Positions 40,601-52,500 of a DNA stretch of 60,027 nt are shown in pieces. Positions within the stretch are counted from its first letter, which is position 1. The number at the start of each line of letters is the position of its first letter. Origin of the DNA: Basidiobolus meristosporus CBS 931.73 (taxonomy: Eukaryota > Fungi > Basidiobolomycota). Where the stretch lies: assembly GCA_002104905.1 (NCBI GenBank), contig MCFE01000545.1:1-60027 (forward strand), in the 5' to 3' direction. The notes under the pieces were generated by a model. That model searched no databases and was not told the origin of the DNA. It worked only from the letters and a program-made list of their open reading frames with translations. Made by a program: the position numbers and the translations under genes.

Positions 40601-41769
40601 CATAGGGTACCAGTATGGTCACCATGGACAAATCGGCAAGCGGTACTGTGATGAAACATTATGCAACGAGCCAGGCTGCACTGGTTAATCATTGTTGCTG
40701 CCAACACCAAGAGGTTTGTCAATGGTTGGGATCTCAATGGACCAGCAATCTATGAAAGGTAGTTGGGATATGGAAGTGAACGCCAATCAACTCTATGCGC
40801 TGCACTTACCGGATTTGGAGCGGGGTCAGATTCGGGTGCTGAGTTGCAACTAGTCTGCCACCAATCTCCGGTGCTGGAATAGCAAGTTGTTACTGTATGG
40901 TTGGCGCCAGGATCCACAAGTGAATCTGTCTCATCTGTCGGGTATTATGATCGATGTCGATATCGTTTCAGTGGAAATGCTCGAGTGCAATGATAGTGAT
41001 ACAGAGAAGACACGCTGGCCAGTGGAGATGCGCCGTATTGAGTACGAAGGTCAGTATTAGTTTATCCTGTTGATCACAGCTTTCACCAATAATACGCTTC
41101 AGTAATTGCCCGCAAAAGCGCGAAAATTCCACCTCTTAGCTTTTCTTGGAGCCACGATGTTTTGTCAGAACTTGGCAGTGTATTCATATTTTACAGTTAT
41201 GCATCTACTTATCCATGTATGAGGAGGAATATTTACTAGTAGTTCTGGTCAGACTTATAGTGGGTTGGTAAACACCAAAAAGGCGTGCTTTCCGTGTTTC
41301 AGAGCAAACAGAAAGAGAAATATCTATCTGCCTGACGTAATACTTGAGCTCGATATACGAGTTACGAGCGCTAATGGCCCACGAATCATAATCCCAAAGG
41401 TCTTATTATTCGCACTTTTTGCAAACGTGTTCAGGAACTACACGAGATTAGTTACTCGAGGATTCTGGCGCTTATTGATAGTAATAGCTTGCTATTCCAG
41501 TACCGCAGATTGGTGGTAGACTAGTTGCAACTCAGCACCCGAATCTGACCCCGCTCCAAATCCGGTAAGTAAGTGCAGCGCATTCAGTTGATTGGCGTTC
41601 ACTTCCATATCCCAACTACCTTTCATAGATTGCTAGTCCATTGAGATCCATTGACAAACCTCTTGGTATTGGCAGCAAGCACGATTAACCAGTGCTTGGC
41701 TTGTTGCATGATGCTTTATCACAGTGCTACGCAACGATTTGTTCGCGGGGTCCATGCTGGTATCCTATG
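40601..41769. repeat. Inverted repeat of the NRPS upstream region: arms 40601-40894 and 41480-41769, spacer ~585 bp
   Basis: For example GACTAGTTGCAACTCAGCACCCGAATCTGACCCCGCTCCAAATCCGGTAAGT at ~41519 appears as its reverse complement at ~40805-40856. Confidence 0.92.
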
Positions 41770-42070
41770 AGCGAGAGGAAGATAGTCAGCGGAAGTAGGC
41801 TGCTCACTTAGTCCCCAGGTTGGGCGCTACTGAAAGAATTCCACCAGGGTAGCAAGGGAGCAGTGAGGAAGTGCTGTGCTTATAAATACTCTGCTGCCAA
41901 TCCGAGTAACACTTCAGAGCATATTTCTGATTAGAGTTCAGTTTCAAGCACACACGACAACTCTTGGACCAGCGTCAAACCTCAGGTAAGTTCGAACCAT
42001 GCTAATACTCACGCTGAAGTAAGATTGAAGTCAGTTTCTGACCTTCGGTCTATACAGTCATTCTTTACAG

Positions 42071-45032
42071 ATGTCTCAACCAGGCCACAGCAGCTACACT
42101 AACACTGGCATGAAGAATTTACTGGAGATTTTGCGGGATGTGTCCACTAAATATCCCACTCATGGGATGTACTACATCAATAGCCCTGCCGACATTGCTC
42201 ATCCAACCTTTTCAAGCTACCCAAACCTTTTGGCTCAAGCCTACGCCATTGGTGAGCGTCTGAGCACACTAGTGAAGGGCGTACCTGAACAAGTGGTTGT
42301 TTTATACTTCGAGTGTCATCAGGATACAGTGGAGCATTATTGGGGCTGTTTGGCCGCTGGACTGCTTCCCTGTGTTCTTGGCACCTTGAAGGGAGATGAT
42401 GACAAGAAAGAACAGCAACTCTTGCACCTTGACACTTTGCTCAATAAGCCTGTCTTTCTCTGCCGCCAAAAGGACCATTCTGAACTTTCAAGTCTGGTAT
42501 CTGACATTCATGTCCAGGCTGTCGAGGAGCTTAGAGTTCAAAGGGCAAGCGAATTAGACTGGCCCAAGACTCCATCTACCAGCTGTTTCCAGGGCCTGGA
42601 CTTCCTCAACGAAGTGGCAGTATTACTGCTCACCTCTGGGTCTACAGGTAACTCTAAAGCAGTCGAGCTTACCCAGGGGAATATCCTTGCCTCGGCAAAC
42701 TTCAAAATCGACGACTATAATCTTCAATCAACACACACCATACTGAACTGGGTTGGTTGCGATCATGTGGCTGGACTAGTGGAGAACCACATCGTTCCAA
42801 TGGTGGCAGGGGCGAATCAGGTGCAAGTGGCAGCCTCAGTAATCACCCTGGAGCCATTATCTTTGTTGCTCATTGCGGAGGTCTATGAGGCAGCTCACAC
42901 ATTTGCCCCAAATTTCCTGCTAGCTAACATAGAAAAAGACCTAAAGAGAAAGCTGGAAGAGTCACCCATAGGCAAATCACTGTACAATCTCTCCAAGCTG
43001 AAGCGCATCAACTCTGGGGGAGAGGCCAACTTGGTGGACTTGGGTCAGCAGCTACTTCGGACTCTGGCAGAGGCTAAAACCGGGTTCACCGGTATCATTT
43101 CCCCTGGTTTTGGGATGACTGAGACATGCGCTGGCTGTGTCTATAACAAACAGTTCCCATTCAATGACATTGGAAAGGAGTTTGCTACTCTGGGTTACCC
43201 TTCACATGGGCTGTGCTTAAGAATTGTAGATAGGGAAGGCCGACCATTACCAGCAGAATTGAGTGGAGACCTGGAGGTGCATTGTCCTCAGCTCTTCAGG
43301 GGATACTTCAATAATCCTGAGGCTAATGCACAAGCCTTCACGAGCGACGGATGGTTCAGGACGGGAGACACAGCCAGTTTGGCTGGTGGTAGGTTGCATC
43401 TAATAGGAAGAACTAAGGACACCATCATTCTTCGCGGGGTGAACCACTACAGCCATGAGCTAGAAGCTGCATTACAGGATGTTCAAGGAATCGCCCCTTC
43501 CTTCGTGGCGGTTTGTCCTATCCGACCCACAGGCTCACAAACAGAGCAAATCGCCGTCTTCTACCTTCCAACATTCTCCCTGTCTGATGAGGAAACACTG
43601 ATCAGCACACATGCCAGCATCCGGCAGAAGTTGGTCATCAACTGTTCTCAAGCACCTAGTGTGATTTGCCCTCTGCCAGCAAATAGGCTTACCAAGAACT
43701 CATTGGGCAAGTTGTCACGTGGGAAGTTGAGACAGCAGTATGAGATGGGCGAGTTCAACGAATACCTGAGGATCGTCGAGCGGACCACTCAAGCGGAGAA
43801 GGCCAGGAAATGCAAGAGACCTGCCACCGAGTCTGAACTTGCTTTATCGGCATTCCTCTGCCAGATCTTCGAGGTTGCGGAGGTGTGTGTGGAAGAGAAC
43901 TTCTTCAGTATGGGCGGATCCTCACTGGAGGTTGTGCAGTAAGTGTCAGACGCTCTGGCAACTACTTAGAGACTCCAACTGATTGTCATCATTTTGTAGA
44001 TACAAAGCAAGAATAGTCAAACATTTCGACCTGGACAAGGTAACATTTTGAGTAGTAAAGTATTAGGCTATCAGCTGTCGGCTGCTTGCTAATTGTAATT
44101 TTCGTCCGAAGAACTGGCCAGTCATCCGAATCATGCAATATCCCACCATTCGGGAGTTAGCAGAGCATCTGGACACTCTCAAATCAGATGCGGGAGCCAC
44201 TCAAAGCTATGAACCTGTTGTGCCATTACAAGTGACTGGATCTGGTGTGCCGATCTTCTTCGTCCACCCTGGGGTTGGAGAGGTACTTATATTCGTCAAC
44301 CTAGCCAAGTACTTTGCGAATGAACGTCCGTTCTATGCGCTGCGAGCTCGAGGCTTCGATAACCACCCATACTTCGAGTCTATGGAGGAAATGGCTGATA
44401 TGTACACTGCAGCCATTCGCAAAACCCAGCCTCAAGGACCCTATGCTGTGGCTGGGTACTCATACGGTGGGGTGGTAGCTTTTGAGATTGCCAAACGGCT
44501 TGAGGCTCAGGGACAGAAAGTAGCCTTCGTTGGCTTGGTGAACATTCCTCCACACATCAAACCAAGGATGCTTGAGCTGGACTGGACTGAAGGATTCTTG
44601 AACCTTTCCTACTTCTTGGATCTCATTACTAAGGAGGAGGCTACCAGAGTCTCACCATACCTTCATACGCTACCTCGCGAGGAGCAGATCAACCACATCT
44701 GGTCCAAAGCCTCACCTGACCGAATCAAAGAGCTTGAGATTGATCGCACTCAGCTTGAGAAGTGGGTGGATATAGCCGAGTCACTGCTCAAATGTGGCCG
44801 GAACTATGAGCCTAATGGAACGGTAGAGCACGTTTCAGTATTCTATGCGATCCCACTGGCCGGGAAGAAGGAGGATTGGCTGAATGGGATGCTCATGAAG
44901 TGGGATGGGTTTACCCGACAGACGAACAGTTATATCGATGTGCCAGGTGCACACTACACACTGATGAACCACCATTATGTTCCCTACTTCCAAAAGTTTT
45001 TAAAGGCTGAGCTCAAAAAAGCAGGGATATGA
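42071..45032 (+). CDS. NRPS-like A-T-TE enzyme (AtrA/TdiA/MicA/RalA aryl-pyruvate-dimerising type)
   Basis: A domain: LLTSGSTGNSK, NWVGCDHVAGLVE, PGFGMTETCAG, DGWFRTGD, NSLGKLSR. T domain: FFSMGGSSL. TE domain: FFVHPGVGEVLIFVNLAKY...ALRARGF, GYSYGG, GAHYTLM. Two introns in the T region, one 5'-UTR intron, TATA at ~41881. Confidence 0.92.
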
Positions 45033-46017
45033 GTATCGTAGGTTCCTGCACCACTTGTCTATTCTGTGATTCCCCAGTAAGAACGTGCTGGTAACTTGAG
45101 ATGAATTTGAGCTAACATTCAGTAGGGAATCAAAATATACAAAATAAATTTCTGGCACTAAAGGCGAGGTGTACTGATCCTACGAAGGCATTTTGTCTTA
45201 CCCAGCCGGTAAATGTACAGAGTGAATAAATTAGTGATTGAAGTGATGAGAGGGCCACGAGCAGGCTGTGATTCCGCTTCAGCAAGTGAAATAATATCCC
45301 ATCCATCAATGATTTTGGTTAATTCCTCCATATCTATCCTGTATGTTGTAGTATTGAAATTTGCGTTGATGTGCCAGTCTTGCATGCATCAATTTCTTGA
45401 TCTTACAAGCAAACGAGTGCGGTAAATACCCAACTGGAATCGTATACTGAGACGAAGAATGACCCGGTATATGAAGCGGAATCACTGAAATAGAATATGC
45501 TCTTTCGTTTTATGCACTTCATCAAATTTATATCTTCAGCATTGGGATTATTCAGAGGTAACCGACACTGGACTCATAATGTATGTTCTAATGAAGATAA
45601 CTATTCACAAAACTCATGCTGTTGTAGAGCCCATATCATGTTGACAGCCTTTAGTTTTAAACAAAAGAAGTCAATCTACAATCAAATGGTAATAAAAATA
45701 ACAGTAGTGCGAAGCAGAAGCTGCGAACTAGTAAAGTGAAAGTGTGTACACAATAGCTACCTGGACGACAGTGTTTCATACCAGCATAATTTGTAGTTCA
45801 TTTCCTACCAGGGAATGGTAGGTTTAGGTGATTGGCTGGCCAATGTACGAGTAGGGTGATGTCTTAAGCATGGTCCAAGTTAAATTTGACTTGGATGTTC
45901 CAGAATAGGGATTTCTGTGAGAAATATCCTGCAATAGTAGCTGCATTAAGAGACTAAATGCCCACGTATTATAACTGTACGGGAAATTGACTGTATCACT
46001 CTGGAATTCACACATTA

Positions 46018-46140
46018 GTTTGCTTGCTGTTCTGGCTGTTGTTTAAGCATCTTACGTGGACAACAATCGTGATATTGTGGAGGCTCTTGGATGCTGCCTG
46101 ATATGAGGCCATAGACTGAGAGTGACGGTTGCTGTATCTT
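46018..46140 (+). pseudogene. Degenerate copy of the secreted Cys-rich peptide gene
   Basis: LLAVLAVV*ASYVDNNRDIVEALGCCLI*GHRL..(frameshift)..GCCIL. Confidence 0.75.
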
Positions 46141-46741
46141 GAGTCGACACTAATGGGCCCAAATGTCATTGCCAGTGTGCTATACTACAATGCAGTAATA
46201 TCATAAAGATATTAATGTAAGCACCAAGTCCCAGACGATACGTAGTATGCGTCACAAGTGCTTGGCTCGCTTCGAAGAGAAATTAGGGACCCCAGTGATG
46301 AATAAAAAGTATTATTGAAGATTGTAAAGAACGCACCTACCATTGAGCATGCTGCCACAGAGCACGCAAACACAATATTTTGATCCACAATCCTGGATTT
46401 TTATTCCCAAATATCAAGCTTACATCTGATAACCGGTATTTGCTATAGCTTGCGGATCACAGGTACCATTGCTGCTACCTAGCGACCTATCCAGATGTAT
46501 TCTTGGGAAAGGTTTGCTTTAGGTGACACTTGAAGCTTGGTATAAGCCACATGTGGGGAAAACATTCCCAGTATCATGATGTACGAGAGAGAGATAGTAT
46601 AACAACAATTACACCGAGAAGTCAGATGTGATTGAGACAGCATCATATATGAAAGTCAGTGCAGTTAATGTGTAATATTATTGTAAGAGAGGTATATAAG
46701 CACGTATTTCATCTACAAAATACATCAAGTTCTCCGCTATC

Positions 46742-46912
46742 ATGAAAACCTCACTCATTACTCTGCTTGCTATTCTAGCTGTTGCTACAGCATCTCCCGT
46801 GGACAACACTCCAGGCGACGATGGGACCGTGGAGGCACTAGGATGCTGCCAAATGTGGGGCTGCGGGCCAAAGGGAGATAGATGCTGTATCATGGGAGCT
46901 TGCTTACCTTAA
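46742..46912 (+). CDS. 56-aa secreted Cys-rich prepropeptide MKTSLITLLAILAVATASPVDNTPGDDGTVEALGCCQMWGCGPKGDRCCIMGACLP
   Basis: Translated by hand (below the ORF-track cutoff). TATATAA about 45 bp upstream, signal peptide, acidic spacer, six cysteines, three paralogous copies nearby. Confidence 0.85.
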   Translation: MKTSLITLLAILAVATASPVDNTPGDDGTVEALGCCQMWGCGPKGDRCCIMGACLP

Positions 46913-48482
46913 GCCAAGTCATCCGCAGTCGATTGATACTTTATTGGTAGAATGCTATGCCGCTTACCTTGAGCTTATTCACTACCAATGAATAAATACT
47001 TTATTGGCAGATTACTGCTGTAGCCAAATGGGTTGAATATAACATGTGCGAAAATTAAATCACACTGCTGCATTATGAGATTGGATAATACAACAGCTTT
47101 GTCCTACTATTATTATGGTTATTTTGTGAGCTATGGGAACTCTCAGGTTCAGTATTTTGCTAATTGAGCTTTATATGATTATATGCATGGAGCGTAAGAA
47201 CGTCACATTCAGAACACTTGATGTCGAGAATTTTCAGTAAGGTAAGCTGGTGTTAGGTTTGTGGTATGGGCTACGTATGAATCGCCCATTTTTGAGATTG
47301 GCATGTGTAACTTTAGCTACCTGCTTCAAGAGTGATTCAGAGTTAAATAAGGAAGTATACCAACCAATATTGATCGTTCTTCGGACAGTGGACACTGCCC
47401 ATTGTGTCAGTTGGAGTTCCATAATATTGAGTTCTCTTTGCCCTAAAATACCTTTCAAATGTAGTGCAACTGTAAATGCATGCGTGACGATATAAAGCTT
47501 GCTTTTCATTGGAGCTTTACTTGCCTAATCATTCAAGCCACTCAGTATAAGGCTCAGTGCTAGATATATTGTAAAAACAGTACTGGCAAGCTAACCTTTC
47601 CCCCATCTAGTATTTTGCTGCCCAATTCTATTGGTTAGTTTGTATCAGGTGATGTTATAAGTGTGGTATAAACTATAGGTGATTTGTGTGTTCCAGAATA
47701 GTGGTTTGTGTGTTCCAGAATAGTGGTTTGTGTGAAAGGCATGATAAGGCTAAGCATGCTCCAGTTGTATTTTGATTGGTGCCGTAACCATTGTCACAAC
47801 AACTCTAGTCGATAGTACTTCAAGTGATGGCGATGCCGTGAAGGATCCCTTTGTTTGGTTCCAAGTTCAATAGGGGAACCCAGCAAGGAAGACCAAACAA
47901 CACTGAGTATCCTATAGAGCTTGCCTACTATTTCTCGAATTGTTGATTGGTCTTGTTGCAAGATATTGCACAAATACAACGTTTAGTTCCACAACCCTCA
48001 ACTTCTATTCCCCATAATACGTTCCGAAATTTAGAGTTGTCACAAGTACTAAACCAGTAACTGTGGAGAAATAGGATTTGACTTTGGTTAGACCGCAGTG
48101 AAGCCCCACTATGAGAATCCCTAGCAATATACATATTACTAGCCAGCTAAAGTTGTTTAACAAGCCAGCTTTACGATTGCTAATCAGTGTTGATTATATT
48201 TTGCAGCTCACAAGTGCAATTAACGATACAGAGCGTTTTGTTCAGATATATTCCTTATCAATATAAGTGTGAGGTAGTGCTTGTGATTTGGCATGAGCCA
48301 TATTGGGCTTAAACATTCCTGATATCATAATACGTGGGAGAAACATCGCGATGGCAATCACTCAAAGGAGCTAAATGTGATGGAGGTATCGTTACGGCCA
48401 ATGTGATCTAAGCTGGTACCACTGCTAGAGAAGTATATAAACGTGCATCTCACATCGTACCTGTATCAAGTACTTTGCTATC

Positions 48483-48653
48483 ATGAAGATCTCGCTCATT
48501 ACTTTGCTCGCTGTGCTAGCCGTCGCTGCCGCATCTCCCGTGGACAATACTCCAGGCGATGATGGTGTTGTGGAGGCTCTTGGATGATGCCAAATGTGGG
48601 GCTGTGGACCTATGGGAGATAAATGCTGTATTATGGGAGCTTGCTTACCTTAG
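48483..48653 (+). pseudogene. Cys-rich peptide paralogue with TGA at the first Cys codon
   Basis: MKISLITLLAVLAVAAASPVDNTPGDDGVVEALG*CQMWGCGPMGDKCCIMGACLP; TGA at 48585-48587; intact TATA upstream. Confidence 0.85.
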
Positions 48654-48733
48654 GCCAAGTCTTTTGCAGTCAATTAATGTTTTATTGGCTCTATGTTTTG
48701 CAAGAATACAGCAGTACTAAGGTCTTGGCTATC

Positions 48734-48913
48734 ATGTGATCTTCATTCGGTGCTTTGCTTGCTGTTCTAGCTATTGTAACAGCATCTTTGGTGGACAATA
48801 CTTCCGGAGATGATGGTCCCGTGGAGGTATTAAGATGCTGCCAGATGTGGGACTGCAGACTGAAGGGTGACAAGTGCTGTGTCATGGGAGCTTGCTTACC
48901 TTGGGCTGGATAG
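48734..48913 (+). pseudogene. Cys-rich peptide paralogue with a stop at codon 2
   Basis: M*SSFGALLAVLAIVTASLVDNTSGDDGPVEVLRCCQMWDCRLKGDKCCVMGACLPWAG*. Confidence 0.85.
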
Positions 48914-49408
48914 ATAAATACTGTGCTTGCAGAGTACACTACTTTAATCAAGATATTGTTGTAAGAGTTTTGGAGATATTGGAAGTGATTGGGAGAACAA
49001 GTAGATTATGTGGTTTTCACTTAATGATTTATTGAATGTAAAAGTAGTATTTATACTTTTACATGGTCTTGGTATAGCAAACACATAGAGTAGGTTAAGG
49101 AAGATCCCAACAACATGTGTGCAAAGTTTGGGGCTGTTTGGTAACTTTAAGAATTTTCATGTTCTGGATACCTGGTATTTTGGTGAAAATATTCCAAGTA
49201 AATCCCAACAAGAGATTTGGTCAGTATTCTCTAGGATTTGAATGTAATGATCTAAGTGACTAAGTTAGGTTAATATTTAGGGGAATTACAAATTTTAACA
49301 ACAGATATGGTATGAGTACTAAATCCCTGACAATACATAGTGTCTGCTGCAAGCTAAATAGGGGAACTCAATGATGAGCCACAAGTTATATAGGGTGTTG
49401 TGGAGACT

Positions 49409-51324
49409 GGGTTAGGGGGGTGACAGGCACCAACAGGTGAAACCTTTATTTCAGCTGAAACAAAGAAGCCAGTGCTACTGTGGTAGCTTTGATACTAGAG
49501 TGTGTAGCTGAAGGGAATTTGTAGGTAAGTGAATATGGAGAGATGATAGTTCTTCTTTACTCAAGACACTATTCAGTGGGAAGGGGGGCAGCAAGAGAGG
49601 TAAGAATGATTTTTGAACAGCATTGATAAGGGGAATATGATAAGGATTGATACTCATCATAAAGGGAGTGTGCTGCTTCAGATATTGCTGCCAAAGGTCT
49701 GTCAAGTACTTCAGGTAGGCCAGCTTGGGCTTTTCTGACTGCAGAATATACTGAGCAAACTTCTTGACATCTGGATCTTCAAGTATAGTTCTCCAGAAGG
49801 ATCCGGGTGTAGTGTGGTGTGTTCTCTTCCAGGCCCTAATCAGCAGGTTGCTGCAGTGGTGAAGTTTGAGATATAATCTGGTTCTAAGATAGAGATGTCT
49901 GATCTTGTAGGGCATAAACCCAAAAGCACCAAGAATAGCATGTCTGTAGGGACATTAATGCAGATGAGGCACCAGGGAGGTAATGCACCATACTGCAAAC
50001 TTGTCAAGCTTAGTGCACTCTCTAGAAGTAAGAGGGCAAAGTGGTAAGCAAAATTCCAGGACAGGGAAGACAAACTGCTTGAGTAGAAGGAGGCAGCTGG
50101 GAGCTGAAGTTGTAGGGGGAGTAACAGCCAAGTAGCTTGTGGAGTGGTTGTCTTGCCAGGATCAATCTCTTCTTCAGGTGTGCTCCAGAGTCTAGTCCAG
50201 TAGGAAGGAATGGAAAGCCAAGATATGTAGCAGAAACCTGAGCAGGTAGAGTGCAGTTCTTTAAGTTGATAGGATGACACAAAGGTACTGTCTTTGCACT
50301 GGAAAGCTGGAGATTATTCTTCTTCAGATACTGGTGGATGCTCTGGGAGCCTTGTTGCACATTGGAGGAGGATATTCTGATGTCATCAACTAAGAGAGTA
50401 ACCAAGCTGTCAGCTGAGAGTCTTGTGAAGTCATTCAGGAAAATGGCAAATAGTATAGGACCAAGCACAGAGCCCTGAACCACTCCATTAGGAACTGAGA
50501 ACACAGTTGATTGCTCACTTGGGTGCAGAATTCTTCCTTGTGGATCCAGAAACAGAGACCTGACAAGGAGGGTGAGAGAGGTACTGGAAAAGCTTTGCAG
50601 CTTGGACCATAGCCAATTTCTGTCAACTGAATCAAAGGCCTTAGTGATATCAAACAGAACAGAGGGATACTTGCACTGTAGAGAGTGATCTTGACTCAGT
50701 ATGACTGCATATTACAAGGAGAGGCTAGGAGCAAAGCCAACCTGTGCAGGGTGAAGCTTGAGGCAGTCAGAGTAGAGCTCCTGAGCAATCAGAAGCTCAA
50801 ACACCTTTCTGCATGTGGGCAGCAGAGATATTGGTCTGTAGAGGCTGGGATCCAGGTGCTTTCCTTTCACCCTTGTACAGTGGCAGAGCATTGGTAAAGG
50901 ACCATTCTTCTGGAGTAGAAAGCTGGGCTTAGCATTGCTGAAGCAGTGGAAGTAGAAGAGCAGACATTGCCTTGGTACTAGTCTTCAGAAGCTCATACAA
51001 TATTGTGTCCACACCTGAAGCAGTAGAGTTGGGGAGCCTCTTGAGCACGTTATGGATTCTGTCTTGCTCAAGTGCAAGTGGGGTTGGCAGAGTCTTGAAA
51101 TCAGGATGAAAGCCAGGAGTTGAGTACTGCTTTGTTGAGAAGAAGATGTTGGCCAGCTGTTCTGTTGAGGGTGACTTCCTGGAGGAGGGCCTCAATGCCC
51201 TGTAGAGTCTTGACAATGTTCTTGTTATAGAGTTGGAAGATAGCAAAGGCAAAGAGCTCATAATATGGTTCCAGAGCTGAGTATACAGAGTGTGGTGAAT
51301 TGCCTTGGAGTAGTGTATGGCTAA
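49409..51324 (-). mobile_element. Telomere-associated LINE-type RT element, copy A (5'-truncated, frameshifted)
   Basis: LPNSTASGVDTILYELLK, GVVQGSVLGPILFAIFLND, LVDDI across broken ORFs. The 3' end has the hairpin module and GGGTTAGGGGGG at 49409-49420. Confidence 0.9.
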
Positions 51325-51535
51325 GTTAGGAGAGGGAAAGTCACCAAGTTGGTGAAATCATTACTTGAGTCAAGAACTAATCTAGGTGCAAATAAAGAAG
51401 CCAATTAAGATGTCTAGAACCACTCTAATAAGTGATCTAATTTATGTTTTGCCTCATCTCTAATGTTTGTCTCAATAAAGTAAAGCTCATCAGGGGTGAA
51501 TATAAAATTCAAGGGTTTTGGGGGAAGTACAAATT
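51325..51535 (-). mobile_element. 3' stub of a diverged RT-family member with the terminal module
   Basis: Reads QFVLPPKPLNFIFTPDELYFI...EWF*, similar to the RT C-terminus LLPPFPLNSVLS.EEL; module TCACC-AAGTT-GGTGA at 51341-51355. Confidence 0.65.
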
Positions 51536-52483
51536 GTAGGGGAGGGAAAGTCACCAAGGTAGGTGAAATCTTTATTTGATTTCAGACAAGTCTAACTCAA
51601 ATAAAGAAGCCAGCTGGGAATAGAAGATTCCCAAAGTAAAGACTAAGTTGAATATGAATAAATCTAAGCTAAAGTTAAGGCAGTATCCCAGAGTACACTG
51701 GAGCTCAGATTCATGGGTGAGTGAAGTAGATAAGCTTGAGAGATATAACAATCTTTGAGGAAGTGGGTAACAGCAGGTGAAGGGGATTTTTTGATAAGTG
51801 AAGTGAATCTTGAAAGCAGAGATTCCTCTAATGAGAAGGTCCTGTAAACTGGAGAATCAGAAAACTCTTTAAAGGCATGGTCAGTAGGTTCCCAGTAAAA
51901 CTAGTCAGAGACATTTTGAGAGAATTGCTTAGCAATACTTTTGTCAAGTACTACCTCCAGAGTGTGATGGTTGATAAATCTCATGTTAACAATCTTGGAT
52001 ACATTGTAACCTTGTTACTTGAGATACATCCTATGCTCAGATATAGGAATAAATTCCACATTGCAAAGTAGCAGACAGCCCAGTCAGTAGCAGGAGGCAA
52101 ATCAGAGGTGGCAGGAAACTTTCCTTTAGTCTTGGGAGGAGCAGCAGGATGTCTTGAGGAAGCAGCAAAAGACTTTTTGACAGCTCCAGAGTAGGAAGAG
52201 TGAGCAGGAGCAGATGATTCTTGGGGAGTCTTGTTGGCAGGAAGAGTTGGCACAGGGATAATAGATTTCTGCAGATCAGAGAAGGCAGAAAACAGCTTTT
52301 GAACTTGTTTCTTGAGTAGAGCATTTTCAGCTTCAACAGGTGCAAGCCTTTCCTCCAGGAAAGAAATCTGAAGGGAGTGGAGTGAAGGCATAAGAAATAA
52401 GAAGAAAGAGTAGAATGGAGTGCGTGGGAGGAAAAATTAGCAGGGAGAAGAGAAGGAAGGAGCAAGATTCCAGAAGTCAGAAT
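51536..52483 (-). mobile_element. ORF1/gag-like unit (degenerate ORF 52391->51664) with its own terminal module
   Basis: Coiled-coil start (LEERLAPVEAENALLKKQVQKL), then YF.NV..IPISE.R.YL..GYNVSKIVNMRFINHHTLEVVLD...VTHFLKDCY with a frameshift and stops. Module at 51551-51566; telomeric cap on the distal side. Confidence 0.75.
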
Positions 52484-52500
52484 TTAGGGTTAGGGGTTAG
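52484..52500 (+). repeat. Interstitial telomeric repeats TTAGGGTTAGGGGTTAG
   Basis: Read directly; separates the ORF1 unit from the second LINE family. Confidence 0.9.

Noticed and set aside
45158-45739. Short ORFs downstream of the NRPS-like gene
   Set aside because: No recognisable motifs or consistent exon structure.
46678-48951. Minus-strand ORFs 46678..46893 and 48691..48951
   Set aside because: Antisense shadows of the plus-strand Cys-rich peptide genes.
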